64,000 nucleotides of DNA from Polyangiaceae bacterium (GCA_044222475.1 JBGANF010000012.1:1-64000); one strand, 5' to 3'. Shown: positions 18,492 through 29,932, counted from the first letter of the stretch. The notes: generated by a model not told the origin, from the sequence alone. Program-made: numbers and translations.

Positions 18492-18734
18492 TCCGCGATG
18501 GTAGCGACAATCGGGAGGGGGGCGCGTGGAGGAATTGCCTGGCAGGGCGCTCCGATGCGCGCTACCTTGTCGGCCTCACGTAAGACGTTTCGAGTTACGA
18601 TTCGACCCGCTTGAACCTCCGAACAGGGAGAGCGCGACGCTTCGCTGCCTCGGCCACGCCGCGCGTGGATGCGACCTTCGCATCACACTCTGTTTTCCAG
18701 CGTTTCCGTTTCTCTCTCTGCAACGAGGTTCTCC

Positions 18735-19109
18735 ATGGGTCAGCGTTTGTACGTAGGCAATCTCTCTTTCTCCACCACCACCGAGACCGTTCGTGAGGCG
18801 TTTGCCGCGTTCGACGAGGTCACTGACGTCCACATGGTCATGGACCGCGACACGGGCCGCCCGCGCGGCTTCGCGTTCGTGACGATGGGAACCCCGGCCG
18901 GCGCGCAGAAGGCGATCGCGGGCATGAACGGCGCAATGGTGGACGGTCGTCCCCTCCGCGTGAACGAAGCCGAAGAGCGCCCGGCGCGCGGCGGCGGCGG
19001 CGGCGGCGGCTTCGGCGGCGGCGGCGGCGGTCGTGGCGGCGGCGGTGGCCGTGGCGGCGGCGGCGGCGATCGTCGCGGCGGCGGCGGCGGCGGTCACCGC
19101 GGCTGGTGA
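18735..19109 (+). CDS. RRM RNA-binding protein with Gly/Arg-rich tail
   Basis: RNP2 LYVGNL, RNP1 RGFAFVTM, LRVNEA; GGC-repeat tail. Confidence 0.95.
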   Translation: MGQRLYVGNLSFSTTTETVREAFAAFDEVTDVHMVMDRDTGRPRGFAFVTMGTPAGAQKAIAGMNGAMVDGRPLRVNEAEERPARGGGGGGGFGGGGGGRGGGGGRGGGGGDRRGGGGGGHRGW

Positions 19110-19112
19110 TCG

Positions 19113-19496
19113 GTGCGGTTCAAGACCAGCGAGGCGGCACGCCGTTTCGCGGAACGCCGGGAGCGCGAGAACTCCGCGCCCCGGCTATGCGCCGAGATCC
19201 CTTCTCTTCGGTCGCTGGACCTCACGGTCCACGAGCATCGGGCTGACGCGCCCGCCGAAGAGACGACTCACGTGCGCCGCGTCGTCATCGCCGCGGCGCC
19301 CGCGCTGTTCGAGATCCCCTGTGGGGACGGGGATTGCGAAGGCGGCGGACACGAAGTGACGGACCCGATCCTGCGCTCGCTCCGTGCAGGACGGACGGAG
19401 TTCGAAGTCGAAGATGTTTGCCATGGATCCCTGAAGGGGTCCCTGCCGTGCAACCGGGTGCTCCGCATCGCGGCTGTCGCAAAGTACGGAGCGTGA
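19113..19496 (+). CDS. Hypothetical protein, putative Zn-binding (C-x4-C-x4-H...C-x9-C)
   Basis: GTG start 3 bp after the RRM stop; FEIPCGDGDCEGGGH and VCHGSLKGSLPC. Confidence 0.7.
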   Translation: MRFKTSEAARRFAERRERENSAPRLCAEIPSLRSLDLTVHEHRADAPAEETTHVRRVVIAAAPALFEIPCGDGDCEGGGHEVTDPILRSLRAGRTEFEVEDVCHGSLKGSLPCNRVLRIAAVAKYGA

Positions 19497-19505
19497 GGAG
19501 TAAAG

Positions 19506-19694
19506 ATGTCGAGCACCACCTTCGTCAAACGACAGAAAGAGCTTCAGCGCCAGCAGAAGCAGCGCGACAAGGCCGCGAAGCGTGACGAGCGCAAGCGGAC
19601 CAAGGTCGATCGGCCGAGCGGAGCCGATGGGGTCGATCCGGACATCGCGGACATCGTTCCGGGTCCGCAGCCCCTCCCTGAAGGCGACCTTTGA
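19506..19694 (+). CDS. Small basic coiled-coil protein (62 aa)
   Basis: GAGGAG SD; TFVKRQKELQRQQKQRDKAAKR, acidic tail DPDIADIVPGPQP. Confidence 0.75.
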   Translation: MSSTTFVKRQKELQRQQKQRDKAAKRDERKRTKVDRPSGADGVDPDIADIVPGPQPLPEGDL

Positions 19695-19999
19695 GCACCG
19701 ACTCGCCGCGCCCGCCATCCGAAACGATCGACGCAGCGCTTCCCGAAATCGCACAAGGGATCGCGCTCGCGTGGGTGGCCGGCCTGCGTGACCAACTCCG
19801 ACGTGAAGGGCGAAGGATGACCGGCGGTTGGCCGGGCACCATCGCCGAAGCCAAGCTGCACGCCATGCGGAAGCTCCCCGGGGAGCTCGAGCGACGTGGG
19901 CTGGGCCCTCCACTCGCCGCTCATTACGACAAAGCGTCCAAAGCGCTCTACGCGGTCGCGCGAAAAGCGTGGCTGGTGGACGCAGACCCCGGAGACTGA
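19691..19999 (+). CDS. Hypothetical protein
   Basis: TTGA coupling to the previous gene; GGWPGT motif; followed by a hairpin. Confidence 0.6.
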   Translation: MSTDSPRPPSETIDAALPEIAQGIALAWVAGLRDQLRREGRRMTGGWPGTIAEAKLHAMRKLPGELERRGLGPPLAAHYDKASKALYAVARKAWLVDADPGD

Positions 20000-20033
20000 C
20001 CGCCCGCGGTACCAAGTTGGTACGCGGGCGGTC
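19998..20033. terminator. Hairpin between convergent genes
   Basis: GACCGCCCGCGGTACCAA-G-TTGGTACGCGGGCGGTC near-perfect stem. Confidence 0.7.
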
Positions 20034-20054
20034 CGCTTTCGGAGGGACGACGGC

Positions 20055-21398
20055 TCAGGGGAGCGCGGTGTACAGGGGCAGCGAAGCCGGCGCGGGATAC
20101 AGGGCGATGTCCTCGCCGTAGCCGAGGTTCGCGCTCGAGATCACACGCTCGGGGAGCGTGGGGTTGCCCGGATCCGTCGTCACCGTGAGCTGCGGCGGCG
20201 CCAGACGCGCGAACTTGCCCTGGCCGAAGGTGACCCACAGGCCGCCGCCTTCGTCGAACGACATGCCGCCGAGCAGCGCGCTCACGCCGACCGTCACGAG
20301 CGCGGGCGGGACGACCTCCTTCGGCGAGGTGCCGGCGAGCTCGGCCGCGGGGAACTGGAAGACGACGTTGCCGCCGAAGTCGTTCGTCCAGAGGTTGCCG
20401 CTCGCATCGAACGCGAGCCACCCAGGGTGAAGCGGGGAGCCGCCGCTCGCCTTCGTCGACGCGGTGAGGACCAGGGACGGCGTCGCCGCGGCCGAGGCGA
20501 GCGAAGCCGCGTCGAAGCGGGCGAGGTGCCCTTCGTCGCCGCTGCCGACCCAGAGGTTGCCGGCCTTGTCGAACGCGAGACCCTCCGCGCCCATGGCGAA
20601 CGGGATGGTGAGGACCGGCGTGACGGTGGCCGAAGCCGCGAGCTGCGCCGCGCCGAGCTTGTAGATGACCTTCTTGCACGGCGCGCCGAACCAGAGCGAG
20701 CCGTCCTTGTCGAACGCGATCCCGCCGACGCCGGGGATGCAGTCGAGGCCGGTGATGTCGATCTTGCGGTCCGGCTGAACCGCGCCGCTCGCCGCGAACG
20801 AAGCGGCGGGGATGCGGAGGAGCGCCGGATCGGCCGTCGTCCCGCCGTTCGACCACAGGTTGCCGTCACGGTCGAACGCGAGGTGCCGCCCCGCGCCGGA
20901 TTTCGTCGCGACCGTGGCCTCTTGGTTGCCGGTTGCGCCGAGGAGCGCCGAGGCGAAGCCGTGCGTGTTGCCGGTCGGCGAGTTGCTCGCCGAGAGCCAA
21001 ACCTTGTTGCTCGTCGGGATCGGGGCGTAGGTCACGGTGACCGTCTGGGTCGCCGAGCCGCTGACGCACACCGTGCTCGCGCTGATGGTTGCAGAATACA
21101 CGGTCCTGACGATGGGATCGGCTTGAGTCACCTTGTCGGCGGTGATCGAGTACGAGCCACCGGCCGCGCCGGCGAAGGTCTGCGAGGCGCTCACGGCCTG
21201 GGTACCACTCGGGCCAGTCACCGACACCTTCGCGGTCACGCCCGCGGGAAGGCCGACGACGTTGACGACGAGGGTTCCTGTCCCGGAAGCGCTGCAGACT
21301 CCGCTCGGGGTGGTGCCGTCTCCTCCGCACGCGAGCGCGAGCGAGGAGAGGCCGAGCGAGAGAGCGAGAACGCCGATGCGGGAACGATGGGAGCGCAT
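20055..21398 (-). CDS. Lipoprotein with NHL/Vgb-like beta-propeller repeats
   Basis: ALAC lipobox; about five (A/S)FDxxG(N/S/G)LW repeats; GGAGG SD. Confidence 0.85.
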   Translation of the reverse strand: MRSHRSRIGVLALSLGLSSLALACGGDGTTPSGVCSASGTGTLVVNVVGLPAGVTAKVSVTGPSGTQAVSASQTFAGAAGGSYSITADKVTQADPIVRTVYSATISASTVCVSGSATQTVTVTYAPIPTSNKVWLSASNSPTGNTHGFASALLGATGNQEATVATKSGAGRHLAFDRDGNLWSNGGTTADPALLRIPAASFAASGAVQPDRKIDITGLDCIPGVGGIAFDKDGSLWFGAPCKKVIYKLGAAQLAASATVTPVLTIPFAMGAEGLAFDKAGNLWVGSGDEGHLARFDAASLASAAATPSLVLTASTKASGGSPLHPGWLAFDASGNLWTNDFGGNVVFQFPAAELAGTSPKEVVPPALVTVGVSALLGGMSFDEGGGLWVTFGQGKFARLAPPQLTVTTDPGNPTLPERVISSANLGYGEDIALYPAPASLPLYTALP

Positions 21399-21436
21399 GA
21401 AAGTTACCTCCTGGGTAAGGGTGTACCTGGAGTCCT

Positions 21437-21452
21437 TGCAGGTCCGATGCCA
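21437..21452 (-). promoter_or_regulatory. Sigma-54-like -24/-12 promoter for the propeller lipoprotein gene
   Basis: Minus strand TGGCATCGGACCTGCA = GG-N10-GC. Confidence 0.5.
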
Positions 21453-21476
21453 CCCCGAAATCCGCGGATTTCGGGG
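21453..21476. promoter_or_regulatory. Perfect 24-bp palindrome in a divergent intergenic region
   Basis: CCCCGAAATCCG|CGGATTTCGGGG. Confidence 0.6.
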
Positions 21477-21560
21477 GAGACTGCCACAGGACTCACCCGA
21501 TTGCACTTCGTGTGCATGCACGCGGTGTGCAGCCGGTCGTGTCGTATGCTCCGCCGAGCC

Positions 21561-22760
21561 ATGGTCGCCCCGTACGTCGTCGATCTCCACGCGCACTTCC
21601 CGATGCAGTTCGATTCAGCAGGTGCGCAAACGCCGTCGCGTTCGCGCGCTCGCACCTTTCGCAAGGCGATGCGCCACCACCGGCGACGAAAGGGCGAGAA
21701 GCTCCTCGATCGGCTCAAGTTCCTCGGCCTCGAGATCGCCGATCTCTTCTTCAACCGCGAGTCACCGCACGACGGACACGCCGTCACGATCGACACGCTC
21801 GTCCAGGGCAACGTCGGCATCGCGTTCTCCGTCGCGTACTGTCCGTTCGAGGAGCTCGACCTCGATGACCCTCCCAAGGACGGGTACTACGGCGAGATCC
21901 ACGACCTCCTGAAGGTCGTCGAGGGTGTCGTCGCCGCCGATCCGCGCGCCCAGGTGGTACGGGACTTCGCGGAGCTCCAAGCCGCGCGCGCAGCCGGGAA
22001 GGTCGCGATGATTCACGCGATCGAGGGCGGCTTTCACCTCGGCGACCGCGACGATGCGATCGCGAAGCACGTCGAGAAGCTCGCAGCGATGGGCCTCGGG
22101 TACGTGACGGTCGCCCACCTCTTCTACCGCGAGGTCGCGACGAACGTCCCCGCGCTGCCCTTCCTCAGCGACAACGTCTATCGCCTCTTGTTTCCCCAGC
22201 CCGACGGGGTCGGGCTCACGTCGCGCGGGCGCGGCCTCGTCACTGCGATGGCGAAGCACGGGGTCCTCGTCGACGTGACGCACATGAGCGAGCGCGGCAT
22301 GGCCGACACGTTCGCGCTGCTCGACGCGCTCGACCCGGCGAAGCGCATGCCGGTCATCGCCTCGCACATCGCGTGCGCCCATCCCGGCGGGTACGCGTAC
22401 AACCTTGGAGAGAAGTGGGTGAAGAAGATCGCCGAGCGAGGAGGCGTCTGCGGCGTGATCTACTGCGATCACTACGTGCGCGACTCCGCCGGCTCGAGGA
22501 CGAAGACGTTCGCCGAGTCGTTCGCGCTCGTGAAGGCCCAAGTGGCGAAGCTTCGCGCGTGGGGCGGAGACGACGTCCTCGCGATCGGCTCCGATCTCGA
22601 CGGGTTCATCAAGCCGACGCTCGCCGGGCTGAGCAGCGCCGCGAACCACGCGGATCTCGCCGCTGCCCTCGAAGCCGAATACGGAGCGACGCTCGCAGAG
22701 AAGATCTGTCACGGGAACGCGATGCGCGCGCTCGAGGCAGGCTGGCGAAAGGGAGTCTGA
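21561..22760 (+). CDS. Membrane dipeptidase (peptidase M19, amidohydrolase fold)
   Basis: DLHAH, AIEGG, VDVTHMSE, IASH and IGSDLDG motifs. Confidence 0.85.
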   Translation: MVAPYVVDLHAHFPMQFDSAGAQTPSRSRARTFRKAMRHHRRRKGEKLLDRLKFLGLEIADLFFNRESPHDGHAVTIDTLVQGNVGIAFSVAYCPFEELDLDDPPKDGYYGEIHDLLKVVEGVVAADPRAQVVRDFAELQAARAAGKVAMIHAIEGGFHLGDRDDAIAKHVEKLAAMGLGYVTVAHLFYREVATNVPALPFLSDNVYRLLFPQPDGVGLTSRGRGLVTAMAKHGVLVDVTHMSERGMADTFALLDALDPAKRMPVIASHIACAHPGGYAYNLGEKWVKKIAERGGVCGVIYCDHYVRDSAGSRTKTFAESFALVKAQVAKLRAWGGDDVLAIGSDLDGFIKPTLAGLSSAANHADLAAALEAEYGATLAEKICHGNAMRALEAGWRKGV

Positions 22761-22761
22761 G

Positions 22762-23307
22762 GTGGCGCTCGGTGCCACGATCCACCGGGTCACCGTCGCG
22801 CTCTCCGACGTCGAGCGCGGCGTCTACGAGTCGCTCGATCTGCGGCTCGCGCGCCACCCCTCCGAGACGACGCGCTTCCTCGTCACGAGGTTGCTCGCCT
22901 ATGCGCTCGCCTGGGAAGAGGGGATCGCGTTCAGCAAGGGCGGCATCTCCGACACGGATCAGCCGCCGATCGCCGTTCACGATCCGACCGGCATCCTTCT
23001 TCATTGGATCGACGTCGGCTCGCCAGCGGCAGAGCGGCTCCACAAGGCCGCCAAGGCCGCGCGACGGGTGTCGATCTACACGACGTCGGAGCTCGGACCC
23101 CTCCGCGAGCGCGCCGGGGAGATCCACCGCGCCAGCGAGATCGAGGTGGTGACGATCCCGCCGGCGCTCGCCGCCGCGATCGAGGCGAAGCTCGATCGAA
23201 CGACCGCGATGGAGCTCGTTCGCAGCGACGGTCACCTCTACGTCACCGTCGCCGGCACTTCGTTCGACGGACCGCTGGTGGTGGAACCGCTCGCCGCTTC
23301 GACGTAA
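22762..23307 (+). CDS. yaeQ: YaeQ family protein
   Basis: MALGATI...LARHPSET...RLLAYAL...FSKGG...WIDVGSP...RLHKA. Confidence 0.92.
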   Translation: MALGATIHRVTVALSDVERGVYESLDLRLARHPSETTRFLVTRLLAYALAWEEGIAFSKGGISDTDQPPIAVHDPTGILLHWIDVGSPAAERLHKAAKAARRVSIYTTSELGPLRERAGEIHRASEIEVVTIPPALAAAIEAKLDRTTAMELVRSDGHLYVTVAGTSFDGPLVVEPLAAST

Positions 23308-23316
23308 GGTACGCGC

Positions 23317-23733
23317 GTGCCCTTCCTCGCCGAAGCGTCGATCGAGATCCCGACCTCTCCCGAGGTCGCGTTCGACAAGTTGATCGATTTCCCGTCGTGG
23401 GATCGTTGGATGCCCCGGTCGTTTCAGCCTGCAGAGAGGGGTGCTCCGCTGACCTTGGGCGCATCCGTGCGAGTGCGCATCCACGGCATGCCGAGCAAGC
23501 TGACGGTGAGCGTGCTCGAGCGTCCACTCACGGTGGCCTGGCGCGGCGGCATCGGGAGGCTCCTCTTTGCCGAGCACGCGTTTCGATTCGAGCCCAAGGG
23601 CAAAGGCACCCTCGTGCGATCGCAGGAGGTCTGGGACGGACGACTGGCGTCGGCACTACGACCGATCGTGAAGCCAGGGGCAGAGCGCGTGGGTCGGCAG
23701 CAGCTCGAAGCCCTCGCGCGGGCGCTCCGATGA
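23317..23733 (+). CDS. SRPBCC/polyketide cyclase-like protein
   Basis: ASIEIPTSPEVAFDKLIDFPSWDRW N-terminus; C-terminal helix. Confidence 0.8.
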   Translation: MPFLAEASIEIPTSPEVAFDKLIDFPSWDRWMPRSFQPAERGAPLTLGASVRVRIHGMPSKLTVSVLERPLTVAWRGGIGRLLFAEHAFRFEPKGKGTLVRSQEVWDGRLASALRPIVKPGAERVGRQQLEALARALR

Positions 23734-24140
23734 GCTTGTACGACGAGCTCGTCCGTGGGCTCTCCACGCCCGAAGTGGGGGGCACGGTTCGTTCGAGCGA
23801 GGCCGAGCTCGTCGCGTTGCGCCGCGAGGTCACCGCGCTGCGCCGCGTCGTCGCCCGGCTCGCCGAGATCGTCTCGAGCGACGAGCGGGTGGAGCCCGAG
23901 CTCGTGAAGAACCTCCTCTTGGCAGAGCTCGACGTGGCGCTCCCCGTCGAGGCGAGCCCGACTCCGATGGCGGACGACGCACCGACGTTCGCCGAGTCCC
24001 CATACCGCGGGGCCGTCCCCGATCGCGACGGCGAGCTTCGCTGCCATCGTTGCAGGCGAAAGCTCGAGGCCGACGATCCCGAGATGAGCCTCGAGGAAGG
24101 GCGCGTCTGCGTCGCGTGCTTTCAGCTCGCCAATGGCTAG
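23730..24140 (+). CDS. Hypothetical protein with coiled coil and C-terminal CxxC...CxxC zinc finger
   Basis: ATGA coupling; CHRC and CVAC. Confidence 0.65.
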   Translation: MSLYDELVRGLSTPEVGGTVRSSEAELVALRREVTALRRVVARLAEIVSSDERVEPELVKNLLLAELDVALPVEASPTPMADDAPTFAESPYRGAVPDRDGELRCHRCRRKLEADDPEMSLEEGRVCVACFQLANG

Positions 24141-24152
24141 AGTATCGACCCG

Positions 24153-25172
24153 ATGACCGACCTCGTCCTCGAAACCGCGCCCCTCGGATTCCCGTGGGTC
24201 ACCCTCGACCCGTTCCTCTTCTGCGTCCACCACGACGACGCATACCCCGAAGGCAACGAAGCGATGGGCCCGGCGGCGTCGCTCGCTGGCCGAAACATCG
24301 GACAGGACTTCGAGGGCAAGGACGGCTGGCGGATGTACCACGGGGAGACGGTCCCCGGTTTTCCTCAGCATCCGCACCGCGGCTTCGAGACGGTCACCAT
24401 CGCTCGGCGCGGCTTCATCGATCACTCGGACTCGCTCGGCGCGACCGCGCGCTTCGGGTCGGGTGACGTGCAGTGGATGACGGCCGGGCGAGGCATCGTC
24501 CACTCCGAGATGTTTCCCCTCGTCGAGCGCGAGCGGAAGAACCCGGTCGAGCTCTTTCAGATTTGGCTGAACCTCCCGCACAAGGACAAGATGGTGGAGC
24601 CCCACTTCTCGATGCTGTGGGGAGAGAACGTGCCGCGCGTCGTCACCGAGACGAACGGCGCGAAGGCCGAGATCACGGTCTTCGCCGGGCAGCTCGGCGA
24701 CGTTCGCGCGCCCGCTCCGCCGCCGCGGTCGTGGGCGAGCCGCCCCGAGTCCGACGTCGCGATCTGGAGCATCGTGCTCGAGCCGAGAGCGAGCTTCACG
24801 CTCCCGAAGGCGAAGAGCGAAGAGACGCTTCGCGTCGTCTACTTCTTCGTCGGCGACACGCTCACGGTCGGCGATCGTGTGCTCGCGGACCACTGCGCGG
24901 CGGTCGTTCGCAGCGACGTCGAGGTCCCGCTCCGCGCCGCCGGCACCAAGGTCGAGGTCCTCGTCCTTCAAGGGCGCCCCATCGGCGAGCCCACGGTCCA
25001 GCACGGTCCCTTCGTCATGACGACGCGGGCGGAGATCCAGCAGTCGATCGCCGACTATCAACGGACTCGGTTCGGCGGGTGGCCCTGGAAGAGCGACGAC
25101 CCCGTGCACCCGCGCAACGAAGGGCGGTTCGCGAAGCACGCGGACGGTCGCCTCGAACGGCCTGTGCGCTAG
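24153..25172 (+). CDS. Pirin family protein
   Basis: GFPQHPHRGFETVT, QWMTAGRGIVHSE, FQIWLNLP, GPFVM. Confidence 0.95.
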   Translation: MTDLVLETAPLGFPWVTLDPFLFCVHHDDAYPEGNEAMGPAASLAGRNIGQDFEGKDGWRMYHGETVPGFPQHPHRGFETVTIARRGFIDHSDSLGATARFGSGDVQWMTAGRGIVHSEMFPLVERERKNPVELFQIWLNLPHKDKMVEPHFSMLWGENVPRVVTETNGAKAEITVFAGQLGDVRAPAPPPRSWASRPESDVAIWSIVLEPRASFTLPKAKSEETLRVVYFFVGDTLTVGDRVLADHCAAVVRSDVEVPLRAAGTKVEVLVLQGRPIGEPTVQHGPFVMTTRAEIQQSIADYQRTRFGGWPWKSDDPVHPRNEGRFAKHADGRLERPVR

Positions 25173-25208
25173 CGTCGCTGTGGTAATCTGATTCGCGGGG
25201 GCAGCCGC

Positions 25209-27224
<2,016 letters not shown>

Positions 27225-27230
27225 GGCCGA

Positions 27231-28235
27231 TCAGACGACGGTCCAGAGCCCTACCTGGCCCTCGACCGCGATCGCGATCTGCGATGCGCCCCAGACCCAC
27301 GAGCCCACGTCGACGACCGGCACGAAGCGACCGCGAACCGAGACCGCGGTCACGCCCGGCCGGTGGCTGTGACCGACGAACGCGATGCGCACCGTGCTCG
27401 CACCGGCGATGCCCTCGAGGACGCTCCTCAGATGATCGGCGTGCTCGCGATCGCACCAGCGTGGCGCGGAGAAACCTCGATCGTCGGCGAGGCTCGACGA
27501 CTCGGGCCACTGACGGTTCGCGACCTCGACGAACTGAGACGGATCGGCGAAGAAATCGATCGCGAAGTCGACGCCTCGCTGGAGCAGCTGCGAGAGCGGG
27601 TTCGAGAGCTTCGCGAGGATCGAAGCCAGGCGCGCGGCGCCCTCGCCTTCCTGGCCTTGCATCGCCTCGACCAGCTGATCGATTTGGTGGCCGTGGAATC
27701 CGATCACGCGACCCGCGACGAAGCTCTGCGCGTACGCCAGGCGTCCGTTCGGCCCGTTCGGGCCTCGCGCCCACGAAGGCGGGAACTGCGCCATCGTCGC
27801 GTCGTGGTTGCCGACGCACACGCGCGCATCCGCGGGACCGACGAGCTTGCCGATGACCGTGCCGTACGCGCCCTCGATCACCGAGTAGTCGCTCGTCGGG
27901 TGATCGACGTACTCGGGGTACGCGCGCCACACGTCGTAGAGATCGCCCAGCTGGAGGACGCTCAGCCGTTTGCCAGTAGCCTCGTACGAGGCCTTGAACG
28001 CGACGATCGCGTCGGCGAGGCGATCGAGGCGTGACAAGGCCGTCGCGGTGCCGTTGGCGAAGACGTCGCCGTCGGCCCCGGTCGCGAAGTGGATGTCCGG
28101 GACGACGATCAGCGCGCGCGTCCCGAGGATCTCGTCGGCGGGATCCCACGAGAGGCTCACGTGCCGGTCGTCTTGGAACAGTGGGTCGAGGGTGATGCCG
28201 TTGGCGCGAAGCCCGTCGACGACGACGTTGGTCAC
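27231..28235 (-). CDS. Calcineurin-like metallophosphoesterase
   Basis: PDIH, LGDLYD, GNHD, FHGH and GHSH motifs; GTGA coupling to the upstream gene. Confidence 0.85.
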   Translation of the reverse strand: MTNVVVDGLRANGITLDPLFQDDRHVSLSWDPADEILGTRALIVVPDIHFATGADGDVFANGTATALSRLDRLADAIVAFKASYEATGKRLSVLQLGDLYDVWRAYPEYVDHPTSDYSVIEGAYGTVIGKLVGPADARVCVGNHDATMAQFPPSWARGPNGPNGRLAYAQSFVAGRVIGFHGHQIDQLVEAMQGQEGEGAARLASILAKLSNPLSQLLQRGVDFAIDFFADPSQFVEVANRQWPESSSLADDRGFSAPRWCDREHADHLRSVLEGIAGASTVRIAFVGHSHRPGVTAVSVRGRFVPVVDVGSWVWGASQIAIAVEGQVGLWTVV

Positions 28236-28693
28236 GGAGGTGCTCCTCGGTGAAACACCGCGAGCCCCACGACGCGGGTGCAGTGCTTCGGCGCGAGCAC
28301 CTCGGTGTGCTCGACGACGAGGACGGTGGTGCCGAGGTCGTAGCACTTCACGTTGAAGCCGCCGGCCGGGATGGGGTCGTCTCCGCTGACCTGACCGGGA
28401 ACCACCGCCGTCTGCACGGTGGGGCACGCGACCGAGACGACACCGAGCGACGACTGAACGCGAGCGACTTCGTCGGTGCACGGGCTCGCCGGATCGGTGT
28501 TCATCACCGGCGGCCAGCCGAGGGTCGATCCTGGTGGAGGCGCACCTACGACGCCAGCCCGGACGTCCCCGGGGATGGCGCGCACGTACGCGCCCTCGGT
28601 GCCGGTCGCCGGCTCGGCTTTGGGATAGGTGCAACATGCACCGATCGTGGCAACCATGAGCGGGACGACGGTGGAGAGGATACGAGGCGTCAC
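28232..28693 (-). CDS. Small putative lipoprotein
   Basis: ILSTVVPLMVATIGAC lipobox-like signal; stop overlaps the phosphoesterase start; start uncertain. Confidence 0.55.
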   Translation of the reverse strand: MTPRILSTVVPLMVATIGACCTYPKAEPATGTEGAYVRAIPGDVRAGVVGAPPPGSTLGWPPVMNTDPASPCTDEVARVQSSLGVVSVACPTVQTAVVPGQVSGDDPIPAGGFNVKCYDLGTTVLVVEHTEVLAPKHCTRVVGLAVFHRGAPP

Positions 28694-28756
28694 GCGGCGA
28701 GGATCGCCGGTCCACGGCGCACGGTCAATCCGACCGAAGTTCGGTATGCTCACGCG

Positions 28757-29872
28757 ATGCTGCATCGCCTCCGCACCCGCTACCTGCTCGCGATGGGACT
28801 CCCGATCGTCGCATGCGGGACCAAAGACCAGGCTGCGCCGGTCGAGGCGCCGACCGCGACCGCGTCCGTGACGCCGACCGCGACCGCGTCCGTGACGCCG
28901 ACCGCAACCGCGACGGCCACCGCGACTCCGACCGCGACGGCCACTGCCACTCCGACCGCGACGGCGTCCGCGACGCCGCCGGCGAGGCCAGCGGTCGCCT
29001 CGTTCGAACAGCAGTACCCGTTCAACAACGGGCGCGGCTGCAGCTCGGCGTCGGCGCACTGCTTTCTCCTCGCAGACCTGAAGGCCGCGAGCTGCCCGGC
29101 GGTCGCCGACGTCCCACGCGGCTGCATGGACGGCGGAGCATGCATCGATCCTCACGCGCTCGTGTCGGGCGCGCTCCTGACGGCGGTGTCGAAGACCGCA
29201 TCGGCAGCGAAGCACGCTCCCGCGTGCTGCTATCAAGAACCGGACAACTGCTGCGCCGTGTGCGGCCGTGCGCTCCGCGACGGTGACACGCTGGTCGCCA
29301 CTCCGTCGGCGAGGCGCACGGATTGGCGAGCACCGCTCGAGGCGCAGGGTGACGCGCTCTTCGCTTCGATGGCCGCCGCCGAGCACGCGTCGATCGCGTC
29401 GTTCGCGCGCACGACGCTCGATCTCCTCGCGCTCGGCGCGCCTCCCGACCTCGTCGCCGACACTCAGAGGGCCGCCCTCGACGAGATCGAGCACGCGCGG
29501 ACCATGTACGCGCTCGCCGGTACCACGTTGGGACCAGGACCGCTCGCGCCTTTCGCGCAGATCGCGCCTACCCTCGAGAGCTTCGCGGTCGCCACCCTAC
29601 GCGACGCCTGCGTCGGAGAGACGCTCGGCGTCGTCGTCCTGCGCGAGCTCGCGGAGGCGCGGCCCGATCTGGCGCCGATTCTCCTGCCCATCGCCGACGA
29701 CGAAGAGCGCCATGCCGAGCTCGCGTTTCGGATGCTCGCCTGGGCCGTGAGCGCCGGCGGAGCCTCGGTCCGGGACGCACTGCAAAGTGCCCTGGCCGCC
29801 ATCGGCGACGACCGCGGCGTGGCTCGCACGGTGATCGCACCGTGCGTGAACGAGCTCTGCGCCGCCGCCTGA
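28757..29872 (+). CDS. Lipoprotein with Thr/Ala linker, Cys-rich region and ferritin-like diiron domain
   Basis: IVAC lipobox; EHASIASF, DEIEH, GET and DEERH ExxH motifs. Confidence 0.82.
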   Translation: MLHRLRTRYLLAMGLPIVACGTKDQAAPVEAPTATASVTPTATASVTPTATATATATPTATATATPTATASATPPARPAVASFEQQYPFNNGRGCSSASAHCFLLADLKAASCPAVADVPRGCMDGGACIDPHALVSGALLTAVSKTASAAKHAPACCYQEPDNCCAVCGRALRDGDTLVATPSARRTDWRAPLEAQGDALFASMAAAEHASIASFARTTLDLLALGAPPDLVADTQRAALDEIEHARTMYALAGTTLGPGPLAPFAQIAPTLESFAVATLRDACVGETLGVVVLRELAEARPDLAPILLPIADDEERHAELAFRMLAWAVSAGGASVRDALQSALAAIGDDRGVARTVIAPCVNELCAAA

Positions 29873-29932
29873 GCGCCGTCAACAAACTCACGTCCCCCGC
29901 TCCGCGCCGATGATCTTCGCGTTCTTCGAGGT

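Noticed and set aside
18986..19100. (GGC)n microsatellite as a phase-variation tract
   Set aside because: In-frame triplets encoding the normal Gly-rich tail of the RRM protein.
28850..28975. Tandem repeat as a non-coding element
   Set aside because: Encodes a Pro/Thr/Ala linker in a lipoprotein.
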